A stretch of DNA of 64,000 nucleotides, taken from the NCBI RefSeq assembly GCF_006345805.1, contig NC_043005.1, positions 109,430,001-109,494,000 of the forward strand, given 5' to 3'. The notes under the pieces were generated by a model, which was not told the DNA's origin, did not search any database, and was given only the letters and a program-made list of their open reading frames with translations. A program made the translations under genes and the position numbers. This document shows, piece after piece, positions 39,061 through 53,127 of this stretch (positions are counted from its first letter, which is position 1; the number at the start of each line of letters is the position of its first letter). This DNA is from Octopus sinensis. Lineage: Eukaryota.

Positions 39061-39744
39061 CCCCACACCACCATCTCCCCACACCACCACCTCCCCAAAC
39101 CACCACCTCCCCACACCACCACTCTACACTTCTACCTCCCCACACCATCATTTCCCCACAATGCCACCTCCTCCATATCACCACCGTCAGCACCACCTCC
39201 ACACCGCATCATACCATCTGGTCCCACGTATTCACCTCACACCACCCCACACCTCTCCTCACATTATATTACCCTACAGCCCTGACCACTTGTCCACTAC
39301 AGCCTCCATCACCACATGCTTCACCACACCCCCACAATCACACTGCATCATACCACCATCACCTCCACCCCACACGTCACCATACCATCCCCACATCATC
39401 CGATACCACACCGCACCACTTCACATCACATACAACATACCCCGACTACACCCTGCCTCAACCACTCTACATCACATCATGTCATCCATCCCAGCATGAA
39501 ATGAAATATCTTGATCGAGAACACAATGCATCATCTAACCCAAGAATTGAAACCTTGATCTTGGTGTCGCAAGTGCCTCATCCTAATGACTAGGCCATGT
39601 GCCTTCACTGTAATATTAAAGGGTATTAAATTCAATTAAGTCAGTTCAAATCTGTGTATTTTCTTTATATTGTCTTTGGTAGAAGACCACAAATTGTAAG
39701 GAGAGCTTACTGCCAATTGAATCACCAAATCAAAGTGTATGAGT

Positions 39745-40036
39745 GATACAGCAAATTTTTGAATTGGAAGTATAGAAAAATTGTGAAAGGCAAGAGAGTC
39801 CAGTTTGCTGGACATTGTTGTAGAGCTGAAAAAGAGGTAATTTTTACTTTTCTCCTCTGGAAGCCATCTACTCGCAATACCAGAGGGCGCACACTCTCCT
39901 ACCCTGATGTAATCTCCAGGGATACAGACATCCAGCAACAGGACCTCCGTAATGCCATGATGGACCGTGAAGTCTGGCGTAGCATGGTAAATTCCATTGA
40001 CTCGACCACGGTCGAACAATGATGATGATGATGATG
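39745..40036 (+). mobile_element. 3' stub of an RTE/RTEX-like LINE with (TGA)n tail
   Basis: RVQFAGHCCRA...LLWKP...RGRTLSYPDVI...AMMDREVWR; the stop at 40022 runs into (TGA)n. Confidence 0.75.
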
Positions 40037-40104
40037 TAGAAAAATTATAGATTCAAATAGTGTAGTAAATGAAATACGTAACATAGTTACACATTGCTTT
40101 TATC

Positions 40105-40494
40105 AGTGGCTGAGTGGTAAGTAGCTTGCTTACCAACCACATGGTTCCGGGTTCAGTCCACTGCATGGCACTTTGGGCAAGTGTCTTCTACTATAGCCTT
40201 GGGCCGACCAAAGCCTTGTGAGTGGATTGAGAAGACAAAAACTGAAAGAAGCCCATTGTATTTATGTATATATATATGTGTGTGTGTGTGTGTTTGAGCC
40301 CCCAACATTGCTTGACAACCGATGCTGGTGTGTTTACATGCCTGTAACTTAGCAGTTTGGCAAAAGAGACCAATAGAATAAGTACTAGGCTTCCAAAGAA
40401 TATGTCCAGGGGGCGATTTGCTTGACTAAAGGCGGTGCTCCAGCATGGCCGCAATCAAATGACTGAAACATGTAAAAGAGTAAAAGAGTAAAAT
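40105..40494 (+). mobile_element. SINE A, full length, low divergence
   Basis: Complete head, body and (gtaaaaga)n tail. Confidence 0.9.
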
Positions 40495-41212
40495 AGACGC
40501 AGAAAGGCAATTTATATTCTCTTCTTGACGCTAACAATTATTTTGATTGTCACAGATCCAACTGAAAAAAAAAACAGGATTCTGGATACAAAGGAGTTTT
40601 GATTTTGGTGTCAAGGAATGGTAAATCATGAATGAGTGTTAGGAATTTCTGAAGATTTGACAATGAAATTGGATTACATAATTCATATGATACAAATGAT
40701 AATCACTCTTAATTAATAGAATATGGATAAGATGATGTAGGTAGATATTTTATAAATGAACACTCCAGTTTTGTTTTGTTGTTGTGTGTGTGTGTGCATG
40801 TACGTATGTGTGTGTGTGGATATGTGCACATGCACTGGAGTTTCCATGCTTATGTAGGAGGCAAACATGTATGTATATAATAACTGTGGACCTACATGTA
40901 TACAGAGTGTGTACATAAATGGGGTTAGGATCAATTAAATCAAAATTCTTGAATTGCTTGATATCTTTTCTATTCTTTTGATGACAACATGTGTAGAATG
41001 CTTTGTTTTCTTGATAGCAGTGTGTTTGGCATTCCTTATGTGCTGTAAACCACAGCATATGTGGAATAACATTGAAAACGGTGATTCCTTGGTTGCAAAA
41101 GTATCTCTGCTGTTCGGTGTCTATCAAGGCTTTTTAATCTGTTAGAGAATACTGGGTTGTAAGGCTGCTTGTTGCTATGAGGTTTATCACTGCCAACTTT
41201 AGCAGTGGCATG

Positions 41213-41511
41213 TTTGTTCCTTCTTGAGCCATGCCTAGCTCATAAGGGCCGGTTTCCCGGTTTCCTTGGCGTATAGGTTCCCCACCTGGACAGGACGCCG
41301 GTCCATCGCCAATGAGCTGCAAGATGCAGGAGGAAAGAGTGAGAGAAAGTTGTGGCGAAAGAGTCAGCAGAAGTTCGCCATTACCTTCTGCTGGAGCCAC
41401 GTGGAGCTTAGGTGTTTCGCTCATAAACACACACGTCTCCTGGTCTGAGATTCGAACCTGCAATCCCTCGACCACAAGTCTCCTGCTCTAACCACTAGGC
41501 CATGTGCCTCC
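41213..41511 (-). mobile_element. tRNA-headed SINE with a V-domain-like segment
   Basis: Minus strand has tggcctagtggttagagc, ggttcgaatctc and gcgatggaccggcgtcctgtccagg. Confidence 0.75.
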
Positions 41512-42159
41512 ACTAGCAGTGGCATAGGGTTCAGTTATTAGGTGTACCTATGGATGTAGCCACATACAAATTACTGATATCTATGCTGATTGGCTGGGAA
41601 TTCAATTAAAATATTTGGTCCATGAGTACATCAGTGGGTTTGAGTTAACCTGTGTGGTGCAGTTTTAGGTCACATCAGGATATGCCATAGAGTGTATGCA
41701 CTGATGTGAGTTCATATCACTGGCATGCCATTAATCAAACCCCTTAATCGAGCATACACATAAATATGCATTTGTATTCCCATCTGTGGTATGCCATGGA
41801 GTATATCTATGAATGTGAGTTGTATTCCCTTCATCAGTGGTGGGAAGGTGACAAACAAAGCCCTAATCTAATGACAGCTGACGACCAGAATCATTAGAGA
41901 TTCAGATGGGAAGCCTTACAATATTTGTTCCAAGACTTTGCATTCTGTGTTCAAATCTTGCTTAAGTCTTAGCTGTTTGAGAACACCACCTAGTCCTTGG
42001 GTGCCATTAAAGGAACCTATTCTGTGGTAAGCATTAGGGCCAGGTATCCAGTTTGTGGATGCCTTCCTCCCTCACCCATCCACTAATTTTGGAGGCCCTT
42101 TAAAGGGCCATAGGCACTGCTCTGACCTGACCGATCAATAATGGTTTCAAATTTTGGCA

Positions 42160-42960
42160 CAAGGTCAGCAATTTTATGGGAAGGGGTAAGTCGATTAAAT
42201 CAAACCCTGTTCTTGAGTGGTACTTTATTTTATCGACCCAATAATGATGAAAGGACAATTTACCTCAATGGTATTTGATCTCAGACCATAAAGAACTGGA
42301 AAATTGCTGCTAAGTATTTTGACTGCTGCACCAAAAATTCTACCAGTTTTCTTCCGCTAATCAGTAAAACTTTCCAATATTCTTTTTTCTTGTATTCTCC
42401 TTCTTGTTTCAGTCATTTGACTTCGGCCATGCTTGAGCACCACCTGTAGTCGAACAAATTAACCTGAGGACTTATTCTTTGTAAGTCTATTCTATTGGTC
42501 TCTTTGCCAAATTGCTAGGTTATTGGGACATAAACACACCAGCATCGGTTGTCAAGCAATGGTGGGGGGACAAACACACACACACACACATACACACATA
42601 TACAACAGGCTTCTTTCAGTTTCTGTCTGCCAAATCCATTCACAAGGCTTTGGTCAGCCCGAGGCTATAGTAGAAGTCACTTGCCCAAGGTGCCATGCAG
42701 TGGGACTGAACCCGGAACCATGTGGTTGGTAAGCAAGCTACTTATCACACAGCCACTCCCGCACCTACAGACGAAAGGTGTGACACTTGGTGGAAGGGAG
42801 CTAGTTGATTAAGTTGATTACATCAACCCCAGTGCTCAACAGGTACTTATTTTTTGGACCCCAAAAGAATGAAAGGCAAACTCAGCCTCAGAGGAATTTG
42901 AACTCACAACTGTGAAACATTTTGCCCAGTGTGCTAACAATACTGCCAACTCGCTCCTAC
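42160..42960 (-). mobile_element. SINE cluster: family B partial (42160-42345), SINE A (42403-42760), family B partial (42790-42960)
   Basis: Homology to other copies in the window. Confidence 0.75.
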
Positions 42961-43389
42961 TAATCAATAATAAAAAGAAATATTGGATATGTTAGTTTCA
43001 CATCGATTTCTACATTACTATGCAGTTTCTGATTTTTTATGAACTTCTTTGATGAACCAACATTTCTATAGTTTGTTTATCTTGGCAGAATGTTGCAGAA
43101 TTAGTCTAAGACTATATTACTGGCTGGCTCACTGGCTGGTTGGCTGGTTAGTTATTGTGTGTATGTGTGTGTGTGTGTGTCAGTGTGTTTCTTGGAGAGG
43201 TGGAGAGGATGAATTCTGGTTTGAAATTGAAAAACAATAAAAGCAAAAATAAAAAAAAAGAATTTAGAACAGAATTGTAAAAACAAAGCCTTATGATTAT
43301 AATTCTTTATCACATGTGCAATGTTCAATGGGATATGTAAGAGAATTTCACACCAGATAATGATGTTTTAACATCCTCACAGATATAAA

Positions 43390-43445
43390 GAAATGTTACA
43401 AACATGTGCTTATATGTGTGTATGTATGTTATATATAATATATAT

Positions 43446-43487
<42 letters not shown>

Positions 43488-43950
43488 TACATATATATTA
43501 AATATACATATATATATACACATATACATACATATATATATATATATGTATATATATTATACATATATACATATACATATATGTACACATATAAACACAT
43601 ATATTTTTATATGCATATTATATGTATATTATATATTTATATATACATACACATGTAAACATACATATATATATGGGTATGTATATATATATTTATATAC
43701 ATATATGTATATATATATATATACATATTTATTTCTACATGAATATATATATATATATATCTACATAGATAATATATATATACATATACACACACACATG
43801 CAAATATATATGTATATATCCATATACATGTATACATATATACACACATATATATATACACACACACAAATATATATATATGGCATTATATATATATTAT
43901 GTGTGTGTGTGTGTGTATATACCTATAGACGTGGTGTGTGTGTGTGTGTA
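43390..43950. repeat. (TA)n/(CA)n compound microsatellite
   Basis: Read directly from the sequence. Confidence 0.9.
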
Positions 43951-44259
43951 TAAACAGACATACTGGCTCTACCGACTCCCACATATATTCTAATCATAGT
44001 TAGCTTCACTCAACTGTTAATATCAACTGCTTCTACGGACTTTTTTTTCCTGAATCCAAGAGAAGGTTTTGTTAATGTGCAGCAACAGTTCAATAACACT
44101 AGTATGTGTTGTCGTGCTTCTCTGGAGCATGCACATATGCAAATACACAATGCATGTTAATGCATTTATGCAATTTAGAACAAACCTCTACTTGGATGTG
44201 AATGTCATATTAACTTTCTGAATTGGTTTTTAACTGCAAAATATTTTCTTGATATTCTT

Positions 44260-44965
44260 GCAGATGTTGTTGTTGTTGTTGTTATTGTTATCTCTTATGG
44301 TGCAGTTATTATTGTTGCTGTTATTGTTACAAGTATTCCTATTAATGTTCTGGTTGTTGTTGCTGTTGTTGTTATGGTGGTGTTAGCCTTGTGTTTGTTG
44401 TAGTCTTTGTTGTTACTGTTGTTGATTTTGTTGTTGTTGTTGTTGGTGGTGGTGTCACTACTGTTATTGCTGTTTGCTTTCTAGCCTCAGGTTAGGCCTG
44501 ACTGAGCGTATCTATGATCAAAGACATTCCATCCATGACTATCCTATCAGTTCTCATGTGCATGATAGGCAGTAATAGTGGTAGTGGTGGAGGAGGTTGT
44601 GGTGGGGTGGTTGTACAAGCAATAGCTGGTGCAGAAGCAGTAGCAGCAACAACAGCAGCAGTGATTGTAGTTGTAGTGGGAGTGGTTATGGTGGTTAGTA
44701 GAAGTAGCGGTGGCAGTAGTAGGGAAGGAAGAGGAAGGAGGAGGAAGGAGATGGTGAAGAGGAGGAGGAAGGGGAGAGTGAAGAGGGGAACGGGGAGGGT
44801 GAAGAGGGGAAAGGGGAGGGTGAAGAGGAGGGGAGGGTGAAGAGGAGGGGAGGGTGAAGAGGAGGAGAGGGAGGAAAAGGAGGGGAAGGGGAGGAGGAAG
44901 AGGAAGGGGAAAGAGGAGGAAGAGGCGGAACAGTGGCATCAGCAGTGGTGGTGGTGGTGGTTGTA
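44260..44965. repeat. (GTT)n/(GGT)n tract and purine-only (GGA)n tract with a short ggagggtgaagag repeat
   Basis: Read directly from the sequence. Confidence 0.85.
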
Positions 44966-45289
44966 GGTCTCTACAAGCTACTACAAGATGTCCCTGATTA
45001 GTACATCAAATTGTGCCTCAAATTCACTCACCATTCAGCAAGTTAATTCACTCCAGACAGTTGAATGCAGCGATGAGAGTGCTGGTTGACCTGCAACTAC
45101 CACTGATTTGAGATATCGGTTACTATCTTAGTATCATGATACATTGGCAATTTCCTCTCAGCAGAACACAGTAATAACATCTCTTGTCCCACTTCAGCTT
45201 AAATATCAAGAATATATGTACCTTAACCAAGAAATGGGATACAAATGGCTCTATTGGTGATTGTAGAATCCTTGAAAACCTTTGGGATT

Positions 45290-45698
45290 TATTACAACCT
45301 TAAATCTAAAACCCTAATCCTAACCTTAAAACCTTAACCCTAACCCTAACACCCTAACCCTAACCTTAACCCTAACCCTAAAACCTTAAAGCTAAAACCA
45401 GTACAAACACATGAACGATGTCATAAATAACAGTGACAAATGAAAAATACATTGCCGATAGTTGTTGTTGACAAACAATAGCAGTAATTTTATTTAGCTG
45501 AATACACGTCATTGATTGGTTGAAGTTACTGAAATACGAGAACTTCAACACGAAATAACTTTATAAATATAAACTTTTCTCAAAAACGCTCAGAGTAAAA
45601 GGTGTTTTATATGACACATTGTACCAGTTATACGAAGTTTGAAAGTGTTTAGTTGCAAAAAATTATTTTTTAAAATCTGTCAGTCAAAAGGTAAAGAC
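45290..45698 (-). mobile_element. Fragment of a TIR element related to 49173-49610, with internal (CCCTAA)n
   Basis: The reverse complement of 45520-45698 aligns by eye with 49173-49370. Terminus gggtctttaccttttga. Confidence 0.55.
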
Positions 45699-46035
45699 CC
45701 AGCATTTATTACAATTTCTACCGTAGGTTATAAAGTATAAGGTTAATGATATTACCAATATTGGAATTTAGTTAAGCTTTTAATACAATATGTCTTTAAA
45801 GATGCAATTCCTTGCATGTGTTGGTAAATATTTATCGGTTTGTCAGATGAATTTGTTTGTTTGTTTCCAGGGTTATTTGAATTAGCATGGAAACTATTTT
45901 TATCACAATGCTTCGTAGTTTGTTAGTTTTCTTTTGTCTTTCCTTTTTTTTGTAGCTCTGTGCTCAGTCCTTCTTCCACAACTTTTGTTTATCTTTTTCA
46001 ATTTTGAATAAATTTTACCTCTTTTCTAACATATG

Positions 46036-46370
46036 ATGGTGGACTGCCAAGTAGAAAAGTGTGAGCATTTTTGACTCCTGTTTCTTTACCCTTTCGATCA
46101 AGGTTCCAAATCTGCTAGAAGCCACTTGAGACACTTGTGCTGTGTATGAAGATGGAGCTATTGCTGAAAGAACTGCACAGAAATAGCTTAGCTGCTCCAA
46201 GGAGGGGAAATTTGACTTCACCAATTCTCCACATTTCAATCAACCCATGCAGTTCAAAAAGATCAATTGAACAAGCTCATCCATGAGGAGCTACATCAAT
46301 CCACCAGAGAATTGACCCAGCAGAGAGGATGCTCTCTTGATACCACTGTCCCACCTTCACTTCATGAGTA
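46036..46370 (+). pseudogene. Mariner transposase N-terminal HTH remnant
   Basis: MVDCQVEKCEHF*LLF...QGSK...DTCAVYEDGAIAERTAQK*...GKFD..., with stops and frameshifts. It resembles mariner N-termini. Confidence 0.7.
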
Positions 46371-46384
46371 AGGTTCAGAAACTT

Positions 46385-46652
46385 AGGCTGTTTGGTAAGA
46401 ATCTTCTTTCCCAACTGCATAGTTCTGCGTTCAATCCCACTCTGTGGCACCTGTGTCTTCTGTTATAGCCATTGGGGGACCAAAGCCTGCGGCGAAGCTG
46501 GAACATCACCTTTAGTCAAACAAATCGACCCCAGTACTTATTCTTTGTAAGCCTAGTACTTATTCTGTCAGTCTCTTTTTGCCGAACCACTAAGTTATGG
46601 GGACATATACACATATCAAGCGATGGTGGGGGACAAACATAGACATACAAAA

Positions 46653-46685
<33 letters not shown>

Positions 46686-46845
46686 CGACAGGCTTTTTTC
46701 AATTTCCATTTACTAAACCCACTCACAAGGCTTTGGTTGGCCTGAGGCCATAACAGAAGACACTAGTCAAAGGTGCCACACAGCGAGACTGAACCCAGAA
46801 CCATGTGGTTGGAAAGCAAGCTTCCTACCACACAGCCACACCTGC
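46385..46845. mobile_element. SINE A 5' fragment (plus) fused to a SINE A copy (minus, 46488-46845)
   Basis: Homology to other copies. Confidence 0.75.
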
Positions 46846-46922
46846 ACCTATGTATTTTTGTATGTATGTGTGAATGCATGAATGTGTAAATGTGTATGTA
46901 TACATGCATCATACATATACAT

Positions 46923-46969
<47 letters not shown>

Positions 46970-46973
46970 TATG

Positions 46974-47016
<43 letters not shown>

Positions 47017-47775
47017 GTATGTATATATATATATATATATGTATATATATACACATACATACATACATACATACATACATACATACATACATCATGCCCA
47101 CACATAGTATACATGTACACACATAGACTCACACACAGACACACATGAATTAAAAGTAATATTAAGCAAAATAGAAATCTGTGCTAATTTTCAGAGTACA
47201 GCGCATATTTTATTGATATTGGAGATTCCATCTTTACAGAAGAACAATTAGTTTCAATATAATGTGGCTTTTCAGGTAAATTAATGTAAGTTTTATTACT
47301 TCACCTTCGTATATTGAAAAAGAATGAAAGGCTACTGTTGTATTTCGGTGAAGATTTATTTGGTTTATAAGTCCTACATTTCCATTGTCTGTTGTATACG
47401 TAGGGTTTCTATATTTGTTTGCGTTTGTTTAGATAATGTCACTTGTGCATACGTCTGCATGTGTATATATGCATATGCTTGTAGGAGCATTGGATTGCAA
47501 GATGCGTTTCAATGATGGATTATTTGATTTTTTTTAAGGCATTTGTTTTCATTGACTAATGTAGTTTTTGTGTGTTCCTGCGTATGTGAGTTCATTTAAG
47601 CAGTTTGGTGTTAAGTGTTTGTCGAAAGTTTTCTGTATGTTTGTGTGTGAGGAACAATATGACGGGTTTCATTGGCGGAAAGTTTGTTTTGTATGAAGGA
47701 TTTTCATTGGATGTTGTATATAGGTTGTTTCTTTGTCTGTGTGGTTAATGGCGTATGTGTGTCAGATGAATGGAT

Positions 47776-48098
47776 GGCGGCGAGCTGGCAGAATCGTTAG
47801 CATGCCGGGCGAAATGCATAGCCGTATTTCGTCTGCCGCTACGTTCTGAGTTCAAATTCCACAGAGGTCGACTTTGCCTTTCATCATTTCGGGGTTGATA
47901 AATTAAGTACCAGTTACACACTAGGGTCGATGTAATCGACTTAATCCGTGTGTTTGTCCCCTCTGTGTTTAGCTCCTTGTGGGTAGTAAAGAAATAGGTA
48001 TTTCGTCTGCCGCTACGTTCTGAGTTCAAATTCCGCCGGGGTTGACTTTGCCTTTCATTCTTTCGGGGTTGATAAAGAAATAGTAAAGAAATAGGTAT
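47776..48098 (+). mobile_element. SINE family B followed by a partial tandem second copy
   Basis: After taaagaaatag the sequence restarts at gtatttcgtctgccgctacg (47998). Confidence 0.85.
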
Positions 48099-48164
48099 GG
48101 CTGTATGTGTTTGTATTTCTGCTGAAACAATGGACTTGGGATTGATGTATATATTTTGCCTTTT

Positions 48165-48383
48165 ATTTGTTTCAGCCATTAGACTGCGGCCATGCTGGGG
48201 CACCACCTGGAAGAATTTTAGTTGAATGAATCACCCCCTTTACACTGTCGATAACTTTTGCCAAACTGCTAAGTTACAGTGTTGTTGACACACCAGCACC
48301 AGTTGCCAAGTAGTGGTGGAGACCAAACACAGACACAAAGTCACACACACACACATACATACACACACACACACACACATACA

Positions 48384-48414
<31 letters not shown>

Positions 48415-48897
48415 GATGGCTGTCCCCTCGTTATTGGATCGAATGTGACTTTTTAGCCCAGCTAAAGATCTACAATGTCTTCTACAGAATCGGCAGCTAA
48501 AACCTTTACCAGTAATAGCCGGCTGTAGTTGTACCTGGGCTTCATGTACCTTTGCATGTCATTTGAGTCCTCCTGCCAAATTACACTGTCTTCCACATGC
48601 CTGATAGATATGATTAGTATGCATACCTACCTACCTACCTACCTACCTACATACATACATACATACATACATACATACATACATACATGCATGCATGCAT
48701 GCATACATACATACATACATACATACATACAGACATACATACAACAAGCTTCTATCAGTTTCCATCTACCAAATCAACTCACAAGGTTTTGGTCAGTCCA
48801 AGGCTATAGTAGAAAACTCTATGCAAGATGCCACACTGGGAATGAGCCCAGTATCATGTGGTTGGGAAGCAATCTTCTTACCATAGAGCCATGCCTG
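48165..48897 (-). mobile_element. SINE A interrupted by about 200 bp of unrelated sequence within its microsatellite
   Basis: Tail at 48165-48205 and head at about 48750-48897. Confidence 0.7.
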
Positions 48898-49172
48898 TAC
48901 CTATATAGCCATGCCTGCATCTATATGGCCTTTGCCCGTATTTTAAAAAAAAACATAAAAATTTATTTCTTTGTATGAGTTTTATAAATGTGCATTTCAG
49001 TTATACTAGAAAATGTTATCCCTCTACAACTATACAATTACAAAAATTCATACATTAAAACCTAGTACTATCTCTTAAGCTTGTAATAAATTTACTCATT
49101 AATAAACATCATTACTTAAATCAATTCATTAAACTATCACAGAGACACACAATCACCATGAATGCAACTTTC

Positions 49173-49610
49173 GTATCTTTTCGGTTTGAACGGCAGTTTT
49201 TAACATAATTTCTAGGTAACTAAAAAATTTTAAACTTCGTATACTGGTAGAATGTGTTTATAAAACATCTTTTTCTCTTGGCTTTATTGAGAAAATCTTT
49301 AGTTTGTAAGATATTTGTGTGGGGGTTTTTCTTCAATTTCTGCAATTTACCAACCCATCACTCAACTGACGTCCATGAGGTGAAAAACATTCTGTGTCCG
49401 TATGAATATGTCCCTCGTTTAAGAAACAGATTGGGTTTTTTTTACATTTGTGAAGAAAATAAGATACCCTTTCCCCCACCCCTAACCCTAACCGTAACCC
49501 TAACCTTAAAAGAGATTGAAATGCAATAGATCGATACTAGGGTCATAATTACGGGTGACAATTTCATATGACACCGCTAGAAAAAACTGCCTTTCAAACC
49601 GAAACGATCC
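49173..49610 (+). mobile_element. 438-bp non-autonomous DNA transposon with about 29-bp TIRs and an 8-bp TSD
   Basis: Left gtatcttttcggtttgaacggcagttttt and right aaaaactgcctttcaaaccgaaacgatcc. CAACTTTC is present at 49165-49172 and 49611-49618. Confidence 0.85.
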
Positions 49611-50413
49611 CAACTTTCAATTAAAACAGGCATTTACAAATCAAAGTGCCACCAAAATGCATCATGCTATTCCAAAGACAAGCATATATGTTTTTACCTG
49701 ATTATGGGGGCATTCTATGGAGATGAATCTTAAGATTTATATGTAATCTGAGTGAATGTACTCATGAAAGAATCATTGGAGCACCATATTTTCCTCTAAC
49801 ATGTTACACAAAACTGTTTTCAACACCTATTACTCTGTATTATATTTTGAATTTTTAAAAAACGTCTTCTTTCTATATTCCATTATTATTTTTATCTATA
49901 TTCCATTATTATTATTTTTACATATCTATATATGTCCATGCATATTTTTAGCATTCATATATTTTTATTTTTTTAATATATTAGTATATGTTTCAGATTG
50001 GACAATTCTTATTTTATCCTAATTAAACCCATATGTGTTAATCATAGTCTGCCTCATCTGAACTTATTCTATTGTACATGTCTAGGACCTCGGGTTTAAC
50101 TTGAGCATTTCCATGCTATCTATTTTTTACTTATTATCTTATATTAAACTTTTCAATACTTTTTGATAGTTATATATATTTTAAAAAAAAAGGTTTAAAA
50201 GTTTAAAAATTTATTAATTTAAATTTTTAAAAATATTTAAAAAATATAAAAATTTATAAATATAAATTAAAATGTTTAAGTTTAATAATTTAAATTTTGA
50301 ATTTTATATTTTATATATTTTGTATATTATATTAATTATTTTCATTTTTATGTTTTGGTTTATGTTTTTCACTGTTTGATTTGCCTAATATCGGTTTTAT
50401 CTCTAATTTAATT

Positions 50414-50447
<34 letters not shown>

Positions 50448-50869
50448 CGAGCAACCCCACCCCCCGTCCAATGCACGGTGCTGAGTTGTCAAACATTTAA
50501 ACCAAATTTTCTCAAAACAACTTGTCTGACCATCCCATAGGCCTCCCCTTTGAGAAACACTGATTTAACCTAACTTTGAGACACCAGCAAAAGAAATAAA
50601 GATAGACTTTTTTCCTATTACCCCCCAAAAAATGATTTTGTTCACACAAATATGCAGCCAAAGAGTTTAAAGTACCTTAAGTACATCGCAACAGCTGATG
50701 TACTTGCACGTACAAATGCACGTTCCCACGGCTTTATCGATTGCATTCTCACCTGGAATCGAGTTTTGTAATTTTTTCAAGACTTATACATGCCCTGATA
50801 CTGTCAGTATCTACATATCAAATTTGAGCACAATCAATGGAGGATGCCCGAGATCCCTAGAAGACACAC

Positions 50870-51053
50870 GACCGACAGACAGACAGACAGATTTTTATAT
50901 AATATATATTTAGTATATGTATATATATATATATATGTATGTATGTAATGTTGTATGTATGTATTATTATGTTAATGTATGTATGTATGTATGTATGGAT
51001 AGATAGATATATGATAAATAGACAGACAGACAACAACAGATAGATATATAGAC

Positions 51054-51116
<63 letters not shown>

Positions 51117-51755
51117 TGACCGACGATAGACAGATAAATAGATATATAGATAGATAGATAGATAGATAGATAGATGGATATGTTTATAGCAAAGGACATA
51201 ACTTTTAACTTACTCCTTGCTTGGTTCATTTCATCATCTTTTTCACAGCAACCACACACACTGGATGTGTTTGTTCACTTCAACAATAGAGAGCAGTCGC
51301 CATATTTCATTCCATAACTGCCATCTCTGAAGAGCACAGTGTTACATAATTGGAATGTTACCTAACACTCCACCAAGCCTCTAGCATGAAACCAAGAGGT
51401 AAGATTGGCCATGATGGATATATAATACCGTAAACTTTGATTAATATATATAGTTGTAATAATGAAGTTGTATTAAATAGTGATGTTTTGAAATGATTTG
51501 ATACCTTCATTTCAGGTTTTCATGATGTATAACAGTGCCTAGTAACAACAAGCTTCACCACTAGACCCTAGATTGGGGCCAACACCAATCCTATGAAACT
51601 TGGAATATCAATCCACTTTTACACCTTCTGAATTAGCAATCTAAAGCCAACCCTCAATAGGCAAACCTTCATTTGCTTAATTCCCAGACATCAATCACAA
51701 GATTAAATTGTCCATACTGGCTAATATATATATACATACATACATACATACACAT

Positions 51756-51792
<37 letters not shown>

Positions 51793-51851
51793 CGCACACA
51801 CATATGTATGTATGTATGTATCTATGTATATATATATATATATATAGACAC

Positions 51852-51897
<46 letters not shown>

Positions 51898-51960
51898 TGT
51901 CAGACAGACAGACAGATAGATAGATAGATAGATAGATAGGGAGGATATAGACAACCAGAT
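50870..51960. repeat. (GACA)n/(GATA)n/(TATG)n/(CA)n microsatellite clusters (50870-51180 and 51720-51950)
   Basis: Read directly from the sequence. Confidence 0.85.
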
Positions 51961-52361
51961 ATAGATTTACAGATATGTGGGGGGAGGTGGGGGCGTGAGA
52001 GTGTATGAGTCTGGGTTTTCCCGTTGTCTCGTCCTTGTCTTTGCAGAGTGTAAACATCAGACTATGTCTGCTAGCATCTGCAGACACCATCTCATAGTCA
52101 ACCATTGAGCTATATGATGTTTGGAAAAATCAGGAGAAATCATGCATTACGAAGAAATAATTCATGGCTGGCAATCAAAAAAAATCCACAAAAAACTTCA
52201 CTCTGTAAGATTCATCTTTATCCTGCACCTGTAAGCATGGAAAAAATTGGACATTAAAACATTGATGAAAATAAATATGTATTGCTCTCACTACATACAC
52301 AGTGACCTCACTGGTGCTGGTGCTTAAAAAAAAACAGAGGCATCGAGTACACACTTTAAGG

Positions 52362-52782
52362 TGTATCATCATCATCATCATCGTTTAACGTCCGTTTTCC
52401 ATGCTAGCACAGGTTGGATGGCTTGACAGGGGTCTGGGAAGCCAGGAGGCTACATCAGGCTCCAGTCTGATCTGGTAGTGTTTCTACTGCTGGATGCCCT
52501 TTCTAATGCCAACCACTCTGTGAGTGTAGTGCGTGCTTTTTACATGCCACCGGCACAGAAGCCAGTCAAGGCGGCGCTAGCATCGACCACGTTTGGATGG
52601 TGCTTTTTACGTGCCACTGGCACTGGTATATGAATTTAAAAGGGCATCATGCAGTAGAAGCCATGTCAATGAAGGCAGGGCATCAGAATACAGTCCTGAC
52701 ACCCCCCAGCATCTGTCAAACCATCCAACCCATGCCAGCATGTGGGAAAGATTTTAACAGGTGATGATGATGACGATGATAT
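52362..52782. mobile_element. Two RTE 3' UTR stubs in inverted arrangement, tails outward (minus 52362-52625; plus 52690-52782)
   Basis: (CAT)n on the left and (GAT)n on the right; homology to 18905-19150. Confidence 0.7.
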
Positions 52783-53059
52783 AAAATACATAAAAAATAT
52801 ATATACACACACACTTGTATGTTTATCTGACTACTTTACATTTTACAGTTTTTTTTCACTTTTCCTTCTCTTCTCTTCTCATCTCTCATTTAAAAGACAT
52901 TTTTCTTAGATTTTGTTGCTTTAAAAGTTATGTTCTACTTTCTCTGTTTCTGTTATTTCATTATTGACACTTCAAACAGCAAATATATAAATATCTGTGA
53001 AAGTAGACCTTCTACCACTTCTCTCGCTCCTCTCTCCTTCTCTCCCTCTCATTCCTTCT

Positions 53060-53074
53060 CTCTCCCCATAATAT

Positions 53075-53127
<53 letters not shown>

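Noticed and set aside
32348-39593. 1000-2259 aa Pro/His/Thr ORFs resembling extensin-like proteins
   Set aside because: The 83-bp unit is not a multiple of three, so the same peptide cycles through all three frames. Stops are absent only because the strand is nearly G-free.
40750-41127. 125-aa minus-strand ORF with several Cys/His residues
   Set aside because: No recognisable motif, the nearest acceptor is out of frame, and the ORF runs into microsatellite.
41875-41920. CTGACGA...GAAG with a GAATC/GATTC hairpin
   Set aside because: There is GAAG instead of GAAA and no stem III or stem I.
45300-45390. (CCCTAA)n as a true telomere or chromosome-fusion scar
   Set aside because: It is short, degenerate and next to or inside a dispersed TIR element; a similar tract occurs at 49476-49508.
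49980-50075. Possible decayed hammerhead on minus (CAGATGA...GAAACATAT)
   Set aside because: Core U4 is mutated, and stem II and stem I do not pair convincingly.
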